The notes: generated by a model from the letters alone, not told the origin. 64,000 nt of DNA from Candidatus Poribacteria bacterium (GCA_965214095.1 OZ243938.1:1792001-1856000), one strand, 5' to 3'; positions 19,599-30,839 are shown, counted from the stretch's first letter. Made by a program: numbers and translations.

Positions 19599-20402
19599 TT
19601 ATTTTGCGGATGTAGGAGATAAACATGTAAATCCGTGTTTTTCAAATATCTCTGTAGCAATGGGTTCTTTTAAGAATGTGAGAAATGTTTCTGCCCAATT
19701 TTTATTGTTGCTGTTCTTTAGAATAACTGCGGGATAGACTATTCTTGAATGCGTTTCGTCGGGAAATTTGTATAGAACTCTGACCTTGTTTGTAACTTTT
19801 GTATCGGTTTCATATACAATTGCAATGTCTACATTTCCTGATGTCAGATATGCAAGTGTTGCACGCACATTTGTGCCAAAGATTAGTTTCTGTTTTACCT
19901 TCTCCCACAATCCAAAGTGTTCTAATGCCTCTTTTGCGTAGCTACCAGCAGGAACTATTTCAGGATGTCCCATCGCAATTCGCTTGATAGGTGTATCCTG
20001 TATATTTTTTAGATTCTCCACAGTAATCTCAGTGTCCTTTTGAGATACAGCGACTAAACGGTTTGTCAACACATCCGTTCTGCTGCCATCTTCAAGTAGA
20101 CCGAGTGAATTTAAGGAATCAACCTGAATGGGACTTGCTGAGATGAATACATCTGCTGATGCCCCTTTTTCTATTTGACGTTGAAGCGTTGTAGATGCAG
20201 CCAAGTTATAATGCACACGAATGTCTTGGTGTTCGGTAAATTGTGCTCCAATTTCAGTGAGCGCATCGGATAGACTTATAGCAGCAAAGACATATAACTC
20301 ACGTTGTTTCTGTTTGTCTGATTGGCATCCCGATATACAGCAGAAGATGAGAAGAATTATCAATAGAGAACACGGAAGAGCGTTACGTTGCACTATCTTC
20401 AT
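19599..20402 (-). CDS. modA: Molybdate ABC transporter substrate-binding lipoprotein
   Basis: Lipobox ISGC, VFAA.SL, QIEKGASADVFISA, VPAGSYA, VY.TD. Confidence 0.9.
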   Translation of the reverse strand: MKIVQRNALPCSLLIILLIFCCISGCQSDKQKQRELYVFAAISLSDALTEIGAQFTEHQDIRVHYNLAASTTLQRQIEKGASADVFISASPIQVDSLNSLGLLEDGSRTDVLTNRLVAVSQKDTEITVENLKNIQDTPIKRIAMGHPEIVPAGSYAKEALEHFGLWEKVKQKLIFGTNVRATLAYLTSGNVDIAIVYETDTKVTNKVRVLYKFPDETHSRIVYPAVILKNSNNKNWAETFLTFLKEPIATEIFEKHGFTCLSPTSAK

Positions 20403-20462
20403 CTCTGAGACCTCATTTCATATAGTCTACCAGAAAATATAACACCTGTCAAGCCTAAGGTT

Positions 20463-20693
20463 ATTTAGTTTTGAGTATTTCCAAAATAGAAATTTACTGA
20501 AAGTTAATCCTCAAGACGGTAAGTGCGGTTTCCTAACCGCACTGGAACCCACAAGAATACTGACTATAAAAGGTTTTAGCACAAATTCGCCAGAATACGC
20601 GTGTGGTATTCTGCATTGGTTAGGAAACCGCACCTACCGTCTTGAAACATTTAGCATTTGTGAAAAAAACACAAGATAAACCTAAAACTAAAT
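20463..20693. repeat. REPIN-like element: inverted pair of REPs
   Basis: TCAAGACGGTAAGTGCGGTTTCCTAACCGCAC (20511-20542) and GGTTAGGAAACCGCACCTACCGTCTTGA (20618-20645); outer IR ATTTAGTTTT/AAAACTAAAT. Confidence 0.75.
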
Positions 20694-20718
20694 ATCCCTG
20701 TCAAAACACTCTGCTTTC

Positions 20719-20747
20719 TTGACTACTTATATTCGATGTGGTATAAT
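20719..20747 (+). promoter_or_regulatory. sigma70 promoter
   Basis: TTGACT-17 nt-TATAAT. Confidence 0.75.
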
Positions 20748-20818
20748 AACAACAATATCTATATAGGACAAACCGATAGTGGATTAAAACTTATTATCAG
20801 TAAAGAATAGGAGCAATT

Positions 20819-21190
20819 ATGGCATTTACATTTCATCATATACATCTCAGATGTGAAGACTTGGATGGCGCAATAGAATATTACGAAAAAATGTTTGATG
20901 GAGAAGTCACAGATACCGTTGAGGTCCGCGGATTAACAATCGTGCGGATGGAAGTCGGTGGGGAACGAATATTCCTTTCACCCAAATTTGGTGATATGGA
21001 TGTTGAACCTACAAGTGGCAATCCCCGTTGGGGTGTCTATCAACTCGCTTTTACTGTGGAAGACCTTGACGCTGCAGTCGCTGAACTACAGGAAAAAGGG
21101 GCAGAACTTGAAGATCTAAAACCGGCAGGACTTATGATGGCGTTCTTCAAAGGTCCAGATAACGTCCAGATAGAACTCATTGAAGCATAA
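20819..21190 (+). CDS. VOC/glyoxalase family protein
   Basis: FHHIHL...DLD.A..YY, LAFTVEDLD, FFKGPDNVQIELIE. Confidence 0.9.
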   Translation: MAFTFHHIHLRCEDLDGAIEYYEKMFDGEVTDTVEVRGLTIVRMEVGGERIFLSPKFGDMDVEPTSGNPRWGVYQLAFTVEDLDAAVAELQEKGAELEDLKPAGLMMAFFKGPDNVQIELIEA

Positions 21191-21243
21191 CGGTTTTCAG
21201 ATATGTGAATCCTTCGCACAGACATAGATTAGGAGACACCTCT

Positions 21244-21924
21244 ATGAAATACAGCGAACTTTTCCATACAATTCAAGGGGAAGGACAACTCATAGGGGTG
21301 CCATCTGTTTTTTTCCGAACAAGTTATTGCAATCTAAGATGTGTTTGGTGCGATACCCCTTATACATCTTGGACTCCTGAGAACAAGGATATTTCTGTTT
21401 CTGATAGCGTTGCAGCTATTTCAAAGTTTGATTGCAGACATGTTGTTATAACAGGAGGAGAACCTTTCATACAAACGAAGGAATTGATTTCACTCTGTAA
21501 AGAATTAGACAAACAAGGACATCATATTACAATAGAAACAAATGCAACGCTTTTCGCTGATGTTGCAGCACATCTCATATCAATGAGTCCTAAGTTACGA
21601 AATTCCAATCCACCAGAAGATAACCGTTTTTTCACACGACATGAACGGGAACGTATCCAACCCGAGGTCATACGCAAGTTTTTAGATGTCTATCCATGCC
21701 AAGTGAAGTTTGTTGTAGATACACCGGAAGATTTAACTGAAATCCAATCTTTGCAGACAGAAATCGGTATTCCATCTGAAACCATTATGTTAATGCCACA
21801 GGGAAAGACTTCAGACATGTTAAATCAGAAGCAGGAATGGTTAGTTGAACTCTGCAAAGAATATGGGTATCGCTATTCACCGCGAGTGCATGTTGATATC
21901 TGGGGTGAAAAACGTGGTGTGTAA
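21244..21924 (+). CDS. queE: 7-carboxy-7-deazaguanine synthase (radical SAM)
   Basis: ELFHTIQGEG, CNLRCVWCDT, VVITGGEP, TIETN, MSPKL, PRVH..IWG. Confidence 0.85.
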   Translation: MKYSELFHTIQGEGQLIGVPSVFFRTSYCNLRCVWCDTPYTSWTPENKDISVSDSVAAISKFDCRHVVITGGEPFIQTKELISLCKELDKQGHHITIETNATLFADVAAHLISMSPKLRNSNPPEDNRFFTRHERERIQPEVIRKFLDVYPCQVKFVVDTPEDLTEIQSLQTEIGIPSETIMLMPQGKTSDMLNQKQEWLVELCKEYGYRYSPRVHVDIWGEKRGV

Positions 21925-21927
21925 CGC

Positions 21928-23046
21928 ATGAAATATGATATTCTACTTAAAGGTGGGACTGTTATTGATCCCGCACAAGATTTGAATGCTGTTCGTGATA
22001 TAGCAATTGCAGACAGTGTCGTTGTCGCAATTGACAACGATATTCCAAAATCTGAGGCGAAACAGACTATCTCTGCCAAAAATCAATACGTCACACCCGG
22101 TTTGATTGACATCCATACGCATGTCTACTACGGAGTGACCACCTGGGGTATCAAAGCCGATAACGTCTGCCCTATTTCCGGAACAACGACGTTTGTTGAT
22201 GCAGGCAGTGCAAGTTGGGCAACTTTTCCCGGCTTCCGTGAATTCATTGTTGAGCCTGCACTAACGCACATCTTAAACTATATACACATCTCTGGTATTG
22301 GACTTGTCTATGGTCCTGTCGGAGAGATGTTTGATCTTGCTTACGCCGATCCTGACCGTGTCGCTGACACGTTAAAATCTAACCGTGATATTACCGTCGG
22401 TGTAAAAGTGCGACAAGGTAAGGGCCAGGTCGGTGATAACGGTGTAGAACCGTTGAAACTTGCTATCAAAGCAGCCGAACAAGCCGATACACCTGTGATG
22501 TGTCACATTGGACAAGGTGTCCCACTTCCAGATGTGTTGGATTTGATGAGACCCGGTGATGTGATTACACACTGCTTCCAAGGAAATGGAGACAACATCA
22601 TTGACGACAAAGGCAGAATTATCCCTGAAGCTTGGAAAGCACAACAGAACGGCGTCATCTTTGATGTTGGACACGGGGCAGGCAGTTTCAAATATGATGT
22701 TGCACAACGCGCTATGGAGCAAGGATTTATCTCTGATGTTATCAGCACGGACCTACATACTGGCAATATCAACGGACCCGTTTATGACCTACCGACAACG
22801 TTATCAAAATTGATGCATCTGGGATTAACTCTGGAAGAGGTCATAGAAAAAGCCACTTACAATGCCGCTAAAACCATAAAACGCGAAAATCAACTTGGAA
22901 ATCTTAAAATCGGAACGACTGCAGATGTCGCAGTTTTGGAACTGCTTGAAGGGGAATTTGAATTCTACGATGCACACGATACAAAGTTTGTTGGCACTCA
23001 AAAAATAAATCCTGTTTTGACAATCCGTGAGGGGAAAATACTTTAG
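21928..23046 (+). CDS. Amidohydrolase/deacetylase-family metallohydrolase (dihydroorotase-like)
   Basis: PGLIDIHTH, GTTTFVDAGS, GVKVR, DVGHG.GSF, ISTDLH. Confidence 0.85.
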   Translation: MKYDILLKGGTVIDPAQDLNAVRDIAIADSVVVAIDNDIPKSEAKQTISAKNQYVTPGLIDIHTHVYYGVTTWGIKADNVCPISGTTTFVDAGSASWATFPGFREFIVEPALTHILNYIHISGIGLVYGPVGEMFDLAYADPDRVADTLKSNRDITVGVKVRQGKGQVGDNGVEPLKLAIKAAEQADTPVMCHIGQGVPLPDVLDLMRPGDVITHCFQGNGDNIIDDKGRIIPEAWKAQQNGVIFDVGHGAGSFKYDVAQRAMEQGFISDVISTDLHTGNINGPVYDLPTTLSKLMHLGLTLEEVIEKATYNAAKTIKRENQLGNLKIGTTADVAVLELLEGEFEFYDAHDTKFVGTQKINPVLTIREGKIL

Positions 23047-23454
23047 ATGTCACTCATAGCACAAAAGATCAGCGGCTGTTACCGACGTGTTCTAATCTTT
23101 TTATTTATATCTATCATTGTATGTGCTGGACTTGGTGTATTAGCTTATAACCTTCTTGGTGGTGCAGAAGGTCTACGCTACTGGACAGCAACCCGAGCAT
23201 TAAATGGTACGGAAAAACACCTGTTAACACACCGTCCAGATGGTATTCCGCAAGAAAGTGTTATAGAGCAATTTGAAACTGTGCGACAGGCAATTCGCAT
23301 TCGAGAGATCGACTTGGACTCCTTATATCAGTTGATCAAGTCATATCAAGACAAATTCTATATACCGGGATTGTCAGTAAAAATAAAACCATCAACACCA
23401 GAGATTGAAGAATTTCTATTGCAACTAAATCAAACGATTATATCTGAAGAATAG
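23047..23454 (+). CDS. Hypothetical membrane-anchored protein
   Basis: ORF abutting the upstream gene; single N-terminal TM. Confidence 0.65.
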   Translation: MSLIAQKISGCYRRVLIFLFISIIVCAGLGVLAYNLLGGAEGLRYWTATRALNGTEKHLLTHRPDGIPQESVIEQFETVRQAIRIREIDLDSLYQLIKSYQDKFYIPGLSVKIKPSTPEIEEFLLQLNQTIISEE

Positions 23455-23477
23455 GTGTCGTGCGGACTTTGCTGACA

Positions 23478-24548
23478 TTAAATGTCGTCGTGAAAATCCC
23501 GGATCATTTTACGGATATGGTTCGTCACCTCATCATCGCTTAGTTCCATATTAATAATTAGCGAAATTGCGTGTTGATATCTGGAATGAAGGTCACCCCA
23601 TGCTTCTGCCAAAATCTGATTTTCTTGAACTTCAGGTCTCGCAGTTGCTTCTAATATCCTATGCACAACAGACAAATAAAAAAGCAGATGATGTCCATCA
23701 ACCCGTGCAGCAACATCTGACACTGAACATTTTTCCCGATGCTGAACTACCCATTCGGCATACGTTTCAACTAATTCGCGATTCAATAGAGATACAAAAT
23801 TTGCTCCATACTGATGTGCACCAAGGCTGTTAAAATACTGAACTAACCGTCGTTCCTGCCAATCCCAACCGATACTTGCAAAATCAATGAAGTATGGAAG
23901 TCCAGCGTCAATAACGATATTGCGTGCTTGGCAGTCAAGACTGTCTAATGTAAGAGGTGCTTCAAGTAGCCGATTAGTAAGGGATGTCCAAAGTGTATCA
24001 AAACTCTCTAATTGTGATGAAGTGAGTGGAGTTTTACACAGTTGTTGCAGATAGCCGACTGTTTTTCTTCCCCGATCAAGTAAACCTTGCAAAGTTTCCT
24101 TGACGTTAAAGTGGAACACGTAAGGTATGAAAAGGTCACAATTTTCAGAAAACACAGTTTCAATTCTGCAAAGAACATTTAAGATAGTGTTTAGCTCAGG
24201 TTGCATACTTGATGCAAGGCTGCGCTGGGCAAAAGAATCGAGTGTATGTTCACCGCGCCATTCCAATAATAATGCATGGTTCTTTTCAGAATGCCAAATA
24301 ACATTCGGGACAAGACATCCAGTTTTGTATAGGGTTGATAATGTGAACTTCTCAATCTGAAAAGGAGTGAAACCGGATTCGGTTACTGGTACTGTAATCT
24401 CGTATTGTTTTAACAAATAACGTTTTACTCGGATATTCAGACGGTGGACATTTTGCTTTACTATATTTCCGTGCCGAATCTTATCCACCACAATTTCATT
24501 TGGATGAATTTGAAAATGTGATGCTATCATATTCAAAAGTTTTGGCAT
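23478..24548 (-). CDS. Aminoglycoside phosphotransferase/choline kinase-like protein
   Basis: YLLKQY, VPNVI, LLLEW.G, LDxxxxNI and FIDF motifs. Confidence 0.65.
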   Translation of the reverse strand: MPKLLNMIASHFQIHPNEIVVDKIRHGNIVKQNVHRLNIRVKRYLLKQYEITVPVTESGFTPFQIEKFTLSTLYKTGCLVPNVIWHSEKNHALLLEWRGEHTLDSFAQRSLASSMQPELNTILNVLCRIETVFSENCDLFIPYVFHFNVKETLQGLLDRGRKTVGYLQQLCKTPLTSSQLESFDTLWTSLTNRLLEAPLTLDSLDCQARNIVIDAGLPYFIDFASIGWDWQERRLVQYFNSLGAHQYGANFVSLLNRELVETYAEWVVQHREKCSVSDVAARVDGHHLLFYLSVVHRILEATARPEVQENQILAEAWGDLHSRYQHAISLIINMELSDDEVTNHIRKMIRDFHDDI

Positions 24549-24633
24549 TTTCTTCTCCTTATCTTCTGCAATAGACGTTCATACAGATATTGTGTTGATT
24601 CATTTTTCTGAATTGAAATTTTTTTTCTAATTT

Positions 24634-24663
24634 TGCACCCTTTTCACCTCAAAATTGTGTCAT
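24634..24663 (+). promoter_or_regulatory. Putative ECF-type (autoregulatory) promoter
   Basis: TGCACCCTTTT...GTC just upstream of the ECF gene; a similar motif occurs at 37676-37700 on the minus strand. Confidence 0.35.
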
Positions 24664-25654
24664 GTATAATCGTAAACCAGATTAAGGCAGAGGTTAATGA
24701 TGGAAAAAGACGATGTCCAACTTATAAATAAAATATTATCTGGCGATCACACAGCGTTTAATACTTTATTCCAAAAATACCAAAAGAGTATTCACGCTAT
24801 TGCATGGCAAAAAATCGGGGATTATCACATTGCGGAAGAAATCACACAAGATGTTTTCCTACAGGCTTATGAGAAACTGTCCACACTAAAAGACCCGAAC
24901 AAGTTTTCTAGATGGATTTACATTATCGCAAAGCGACAATGTGCAAACTGGCACCAAAGAGAGAAAAACACCATGGAATCCTTGGAAGCCACCGATGAAG
25001 CAATCTTAGAGAAATCAGCTTATGTAAACTATGTCGCAGAGCAGCGAGAAAAGGCAGCAACAGAGCACCGACGAGAAGTTGTTGATATGCTTCTGGAAAA
25101 ATTACCAGAGCGCGAACGTAAAGTGATAACACTTTATTACCTTGGTGAAATGACATCCGAAGCGATAAGCAAATTTCTTGGTGTGTCAGTCAACACAATA
25201 AAAAGCCGACTTAGAAGGGCACGACAACGTTTACAGGAGCAAGAACTTATACAAGAAACTCCTGGGAACATCCAACCATCTGCTAACTTATCCAATTATA
25301 GAGCCAATATGAGTATGTCTTCTCAAAACGTCAATAATAATCAAAATAGAAGGAGTAAATCAGTGAGTGAAAGAAAAGAAATCACCACCTATCCATTCAT
25401 AGTTGAATGCTTTGAACGAACCAAATTTAGAGGGAAAAAAGTAACTATACTTCATACGGTTGAGAACCTACAAATTTTTCTGGATCGTGCTGGGTTTGAA
25501 GACAGTATCGCATCAGTGCGGATAATTAGAGGTCCAGGTTGTCCGCGAGAAGGCGGGGAAGTTACGTTTTTTGGAAACCCTAAATTTACAGGTGTCACTT
25601 TACCATGTGACATTGGACCGGATATAATTGTGTCAGAGATACCTGATTATAAGG

Positions 25655-26654
25655 GAACTCATAGCGAGTAACATCTAAGCATCGTTGAAAGTTGCTCGAA
25701 AATTTATCATTGAATATGCTAAATTACGAAAACCTAAACGTGTTTCTTTGAGTTTATCATAACTTAGAACGAGTCTTCGGTAAGTATCTTGCCACCCGAA
25801 AGTTCGCTCTACTTTATACCGGTCTTTGTATATATCTTTTCTAAACCACCGGAACTTGCGAGCGATAGCGATAGGTTCTTTAGTGTTTCGTTTGTTAGGG
25901 TAGATCACTGGGATCAGTCCTTGTTCTTTAATAATCTTATGATTCACCTTGGAATCAAAACCAGAATCCAGCGTTAGCGCGGAACCATCAAGTGCCATGC
26001 CAATCCGATTGCTGAAGGAGATGAGTTCGGTCAATGCCTCGGGCAAAATCGTTGTATCATGTTGGTTCACTGGTTTGAGGGTTATTGGACCAATGATAAA
26101 ACCTTTATTGTCGGTGATAGCCACCTCTTTTTCACCTTTTTGATGTTTATGACCTGAATACCCTATGGTGTCACCCCTTTTTTTACAACAGTGTTTGAAC
26201 CATCACCATGTAAACAAGAGGTGTCAAGTTGATCACTATCATGAAGATGTATGACAGATGCTTCAAAAAGTTTCTCATAAGAACCATCTTTTGACCAACG
26301 ATTATGCCATTTATAGACGTTAGACCAATGGAGTTCATTACGCCGTGTGCGGAGTTGATCCCATTGAATACCGGTATGTAAAACATAGAGGATATAGTTG
26401 AATATCTTATAGAAAGACAGTTTCGGTTTGGGACCTTTTATGCGTTTCTTTAGATGAGGTTTGATATAACGATTAAAATCCTTACGTGAAACCTGCTTCG
26501 GAATACCATTGTATCTGAGGGGCTCTTGAACCTTGTCTGCCATAACAACACCTTTCAATAAGTTATAGATATATGAAGTGAAAGAATAGGACATAAATAA
26601 ACTCTTGTGTTTCCCTATTATATAGCATTATTATGTTTTACTCAATATGAGTTC
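25655..26654 (-). mobile_element. IS5-family insertion sequence (IS427-like, two frameshifted ORFs), 1000 bp
   Basis: 17-bp TIR GAACTCATA(GC/TT)GAGTAA; 3-bp target duplication AGG (25652-25654, 26655-26657); orfA ILYVLHTGIQW..L, orfB LDSGFDS...RYKVERTFGW. Confidence 0.9.
25675..26594 (-). CDS. IS5-family transposase via predicted -1 frameshift (orfA 26163-26594, orfB ending at 25675)
   Basis: Slippery AAAAAAAGGGG at 26184-26174; the -1 frame reads GDTIGYSGHKHQKGEKEVAITDNKGF into orfB. Confidence 0.8.
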
Positions 26655-27097
26655 AGGCTCAAATTTTATCAATCCAGATAAATGTAAATCCACCTATACA
26701 GAACAGTGATGAATTACAACATAGTAAACAGGAAAGTCAAAAAATCGACATCTATCCATTCATTGTTGAATGTTTTGAACAAACCAAATTTAGAGGCAAA
26801 AAAGCATGCTTCGTTCAAACGACAGAGAACCTTCACGAAAGTCTGGAACGTTCTGGGTTTGAAGACCGTATATCGTCTATGCGGATATACAAAGGCACTG
26901 ATTGTCCTCCTGATGGCGGAGAAGTTTTGTTTTATGAAAAACCCAATTTTACAGGGCATTTCTTACCTATCCACCTGGAACCGAAATCATTAATGAAAGA
27001 GATACCCGACTTTAATAAGGCAATTCTCTCAATTAAGATGGTATGTTAGTATTCTTTAGGACAATTAATCAAGACAAAATATAATAGATCACTCACA

Positions 27098-27430
27098 GTG
27101 ATTACGCAACGAACAAAGGATAATAGGGTGAACATAGTGAAAAAAGATGTTTCAATAGAAAACTGGTTGGTCAGAGGAACAGTTTTCATCCTGATCTTCA
27201 CAATTGGATGTTTTGTATGGTTCCAATACCAGATGTCTACGGTTGAACGATATGATAGCACTTACAAAGTAGAAACACATCACATTGATGAATCATCACA
27301 AACTGGACAGAATGAAATAATACATATAGAAATTGATGATGGTGTGGAACAGGATACAACTCGGAACAATAGTTCTGATACTGAAGAAATTGACGATATA
27401 GACTCGGAACAAAACCTTGATAAATCATAG
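27098..27430 (+). CDS. Small membrane-anchored protein with acidic tail
   Basis: Single TM followed by an Asp/Glu-rich segment; directly downstream of the ECF gene; start uncertain. Confidence 0.5.
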   Translation: MITQRTKDNRVNIVKKDVSIENWLVRGTVFILIFTIGCFVWFQYQMSTVERYDSTYKVETHHIDESSQTGQNEIIHIEIDDGVEQDTTRNNSSDTEEIDDIDSEQNLDKS

Positions 27431-27524
27431 AGTAGAAAAACTAAAGTAAGGAAACCGTACCAGAAATGCCCTTTTAGCGAATAAACCATGCACACATTGT
27501 ATTGCGGGTCTTTGTGCCCCGTCT

Positions 27525-27705
27525 TTGTCTGAACCAGGATTTTCAGGATTGGTAGATTTCCAGGATTAGAGTCTGAGCAAACAAAGTGCCGTTGTCATAA
27601 TAAGTTTTTCTGTTGCTATCAGACTTATTTTTTATAGCGAGAATGCCACATAGATGAGGCGTAATCGTGTGAATCCTATGCTCCTGTAAATCCTAGTTGA
27701 GACAA
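27525..27705. repeat. Inverted-repeat element with CAGGATT iterations
   Basis: TTGTCTGAACCAGGATTTTCAGGATT... / ...CTCCTGTAAATCCTAGTTGAGACAA. Confidence 0.7.
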
Positions 27706-27736
27706 GTGACAAAAACTTTACACCACCCATTTAATT

Positions 27737-27765
27737 TTGACAAGCACCGCTTTTTATAGTATAAT
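27737..27765 (+). promoter_or_regulatory. Consensus sigma70 promoter of rplM-rpsI
   Basis: TTGACA-17 nt-TATAAT. Confidence 0.85.
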
Positions 27766-27827
27766 ACAATAGGTATGTGAATTTACGTTAATGAAATATA
27801 AAGATTTTACCGAAAAGGTCAAGTATC

Positions 27828-28265
27828 ATGGTATTGAAAACGAAAACATTTTTTCCTAAATCCGACAAAGATATAAAGTGGTATGTCGTGGATGCAGAAG
27901 GACAGGTGCTTGGACGATTAGCGTCACGCATTGCCCAAGTGCTGCGCGGGAAACATGATCCCAGTTTTACACCACATGCAGATTTAGGTTATCGTGTTGC
28001 AGTGATAAACGCTGAAAAGGTCGTTGTCACTGGCGACAAAGCAGAACAAAAAACTTACTTCCGATACAGCGGTTATCCTGGTGGCGATAGATATAGAACT
28101 TTTAAGGAACAGATGGAACGCAACCCGGAGTTTATCATTACATCCGCTGTCAAAGGGATGGTCCCGAAAAATAAACTCGGTGCAAAACTGATGACGGGAT
28201 TAAAGGTCTACAAAGGATCTAATCATCCGCACCAAGCACAAGAACCGGAAGTCCTAACATTTTAA
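27828..28265 (+). CDS. rplM: 50S ribosomal protein L13
   Basis: WYVVDAEGQVLGRLAS..A..LRGKH...FTPH.D.G; HPHQAQ.P. Confidence 0.98.
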   Translation: MVLKTKTFFPKSDKDIKWYVVDAEGQVLGRLASRIAQVLRGKHDPSFTPHADLGYRVAVINAEKVVVTGDKAEQKTYFRYSGYPGGDRYRTFKEQMERNPEFIITSAVKGMVPKNKLGAKLMTGLKVYKGSNHPHQAQEPEVLTF

Positions 28266-28280
28266 CAGTTGAGGAATTAT

Positions 28281-28676
28281 ATGGCAATTGAACAATTTTG
28301 GGGAACAGGAAGACGTAAGACCTCTGTTGCACGTGTCAGAATCATTCCAGGTGGTGAAGGTGGTATTGTCGTCAATAAAAAACCTATTGAGGACTATTTT
28401 GACCGCTCCGACCACATACAGGTAGCACGTAGACCCATTGAGCACGTTGAAAAAGCAGGAGAGTTCGCAGTACATGTCAATGTCCGTGGAGGCGGGAATA
28501 CTGGACAAGCAGGTGCTATTTCTCACGGTTTGGCTCGCGCACTCGTTAAAGCAGACGAATCATTGAAACCTTCTTTGAAAAAAGGTGGATTCCTAACACG
28601 TGACCCACGAATGGTGGAACGTAAGAAGTATGGACAGAAGGGTGCACGGGCACGTTTCCAATTCTCAAAACGTTAA
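28281..28676 (+). CDS. rpsI: 30S ribosomal protein S9
   Basis: [40 protein letters not shown]. Confidence 0.98.
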   Translation: MAIEQFWGTGRRKTSVARVRIIPGGEGGIVVNKKPIEDYFDRSDHIQVARRPIEHVEKAGEFAVHVNVRGGGNTGQAGAISHGLARALVKADESLKPSLKKGGFLTRDPRMVERKKYGQKGARARFQFSKR

Positions 28677-28702
28677 TCGTGGGATATGTCCAGTGGAATT
28701 GA

Positions 28703-30016
<1,314 letters not shown>

Positions 30017-30065
30017 TTCCCATACCATTTTCTCCCTTCAAGTTCCGCAGTTTTTGCACTTTAAC

Positions 30066-30094
30066 TTGACATTTACAGAAAATGGTTGTATCAT
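30066..30094 (+). promoter_or_regulatory. sigma70 promoter of the tRNA pair
   Basis: TTGACA-17 nt-TATCAT. Confidence 0.75.
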
Positions 30095-30110
30095 TTAATA
30101 TTGTGATTTT

Positions 30111-30183
30111 GAGCCGTTAGCTCAGCAGGTAGAGCATCTGACTTTTAATCAGGTGGTCACAGGTTCGATTCCTGTACGGCTCA
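30111..30183 (+). tRNA. tRNA-Lys(UUU)
   Basis: Acceptor GAGCCGT/ACGGCTC, D-arm TAGCTCAG..GGTAGAGC, anticodon loop CTTTTAA, T-loop GGTTCGATTCC; CCA not encoded. Confidence 0.95.
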
Positions 30184-30195
30184 CTTTAATATTGC

Positions 30196-30270
30196 GCCCC
30201 CGTCGTCTAGCCTGGCCAAGGACACCGCCCTTTCACGGCGGCGACACGAGTTCAAATCTCGTCGGGGGTA
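30196..30270 (+). tRNA. tRNA-Glu(UUC)
   Basis: Acceptor GCCCCCG/CGGGGGT, anticodon arm CCGCC-CTTTCAC-GGCGG, T-loop GTTCAAATC; CCA not encoded. Confidence 0.95.
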
Positions 30271-30280
30271 TTTTAAATTA

Positions 30281-30315
30281 AGAAACCCAACCTATGGATA
30301 ATAGGTTGGGTTTCT
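30281..30315. terminator. Probable bidirectional intrinsic terminator
   Basis: Perfect stem AGAAACCCAACCTAT/ATAGGTTGGGTTTCT between convergent transcription units. Confidence 0.8.
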
Positions 30316-30356
30316 ATTTTATGACTATTTCTATCTTTTGTAGGTCTAGATAAATA

Positions 30357-30815
30357 TCAGTCTGCAGCTTCAGCGAGTTCCAACAATATAGGCGATTCAA
30401 CTCGTATAGCATCTTTGATACAAACTTCTTCACATAGCAAACATCCAACACAATCCCTCGGTTTCACAAGTTCACAGATACCAAAGAAACTATCAGCATG
30501 TTCATTTGACACAGGGTCAATGATTTCAAGGCATTCCCATGGACAGATTTGTACACAGAAATCACAACCAGAGCAGAGCTCTTCATAGATTACTGCAATG
30601 GGACGATGCGTGCGAACAGGAATAAACTTGCACACCTTGCCAAACTGGTCCCGTATTGCTTCCACAGGACACACCATGCCACATGCACTGCAATCAATGC
30701 ACACATCTGGGTCAATGATGTGTAATTTATTTCGATCACCAGTAATCGCATTAACCGGACATTTGTCTAAACACTGCACACACCCAATGCATTCGTCAGT
30801 GATGTAATATGACAT
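30357..30815 (-). CDS. Polyferredoxin with four [4Fe-4S] motifs
   Basis: CIGCVQCLDKCP, CIDCSACGMVCP, CSGCDFCVQICP, CVGCLLCEEVC. Confidence 0.9.
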   Translation of the reverse strand: MSYYITDECIGCVQCLDKCPVNAITGDRNKLHIIDPDVCIDCSACGMVCPVEAIRDQFGKVCKFIPVRTHRPIAVIYEELCSGCDFCVQICPWECLEIIDPVSNEHADSFFGICELVKPRDCVGCLLCEEVCIKDAIRVESPILLELAEAAD

Positions 30816-30839
30816 AATAGTTACCTCCACTTGGTTTAT

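Larger units (their letters stand above)
24697..27049 (+). pseudogene. ECF sigma factor fused to two beta/gamma-crystallin-like domains, interrupted by an IS5-family element (reconstructed length 449 aa)
   Basis: Region 2 (AEEITQDVF..AY, F.RWIY.IA) and region 4 (LPERER....LYY...I...LGVSVNTIKSRL.RAR). Removing 25655-26657 restores the frame ...EIPDYKAQILSIQ... into a second repeat YPFIVECFEQTKFRGKK...FEDRISSMR..., stop TAG at 27047-27049. Confidence 0.85.

Noticed and set aside
26706-26993. ORF-track ORFs 26706-26993 (+) and 26714-26959 (-) as genes
   Set aside because: Wrong frames; the real coding frame is the 3' half of the IS-interrupted sigma-crystallin gene ending at 27049
30111-30356. 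tRNA-anchored genomic island
   Set aside because: No integrase nearby, and no duplicated tRNA 3' end was noticed in the window
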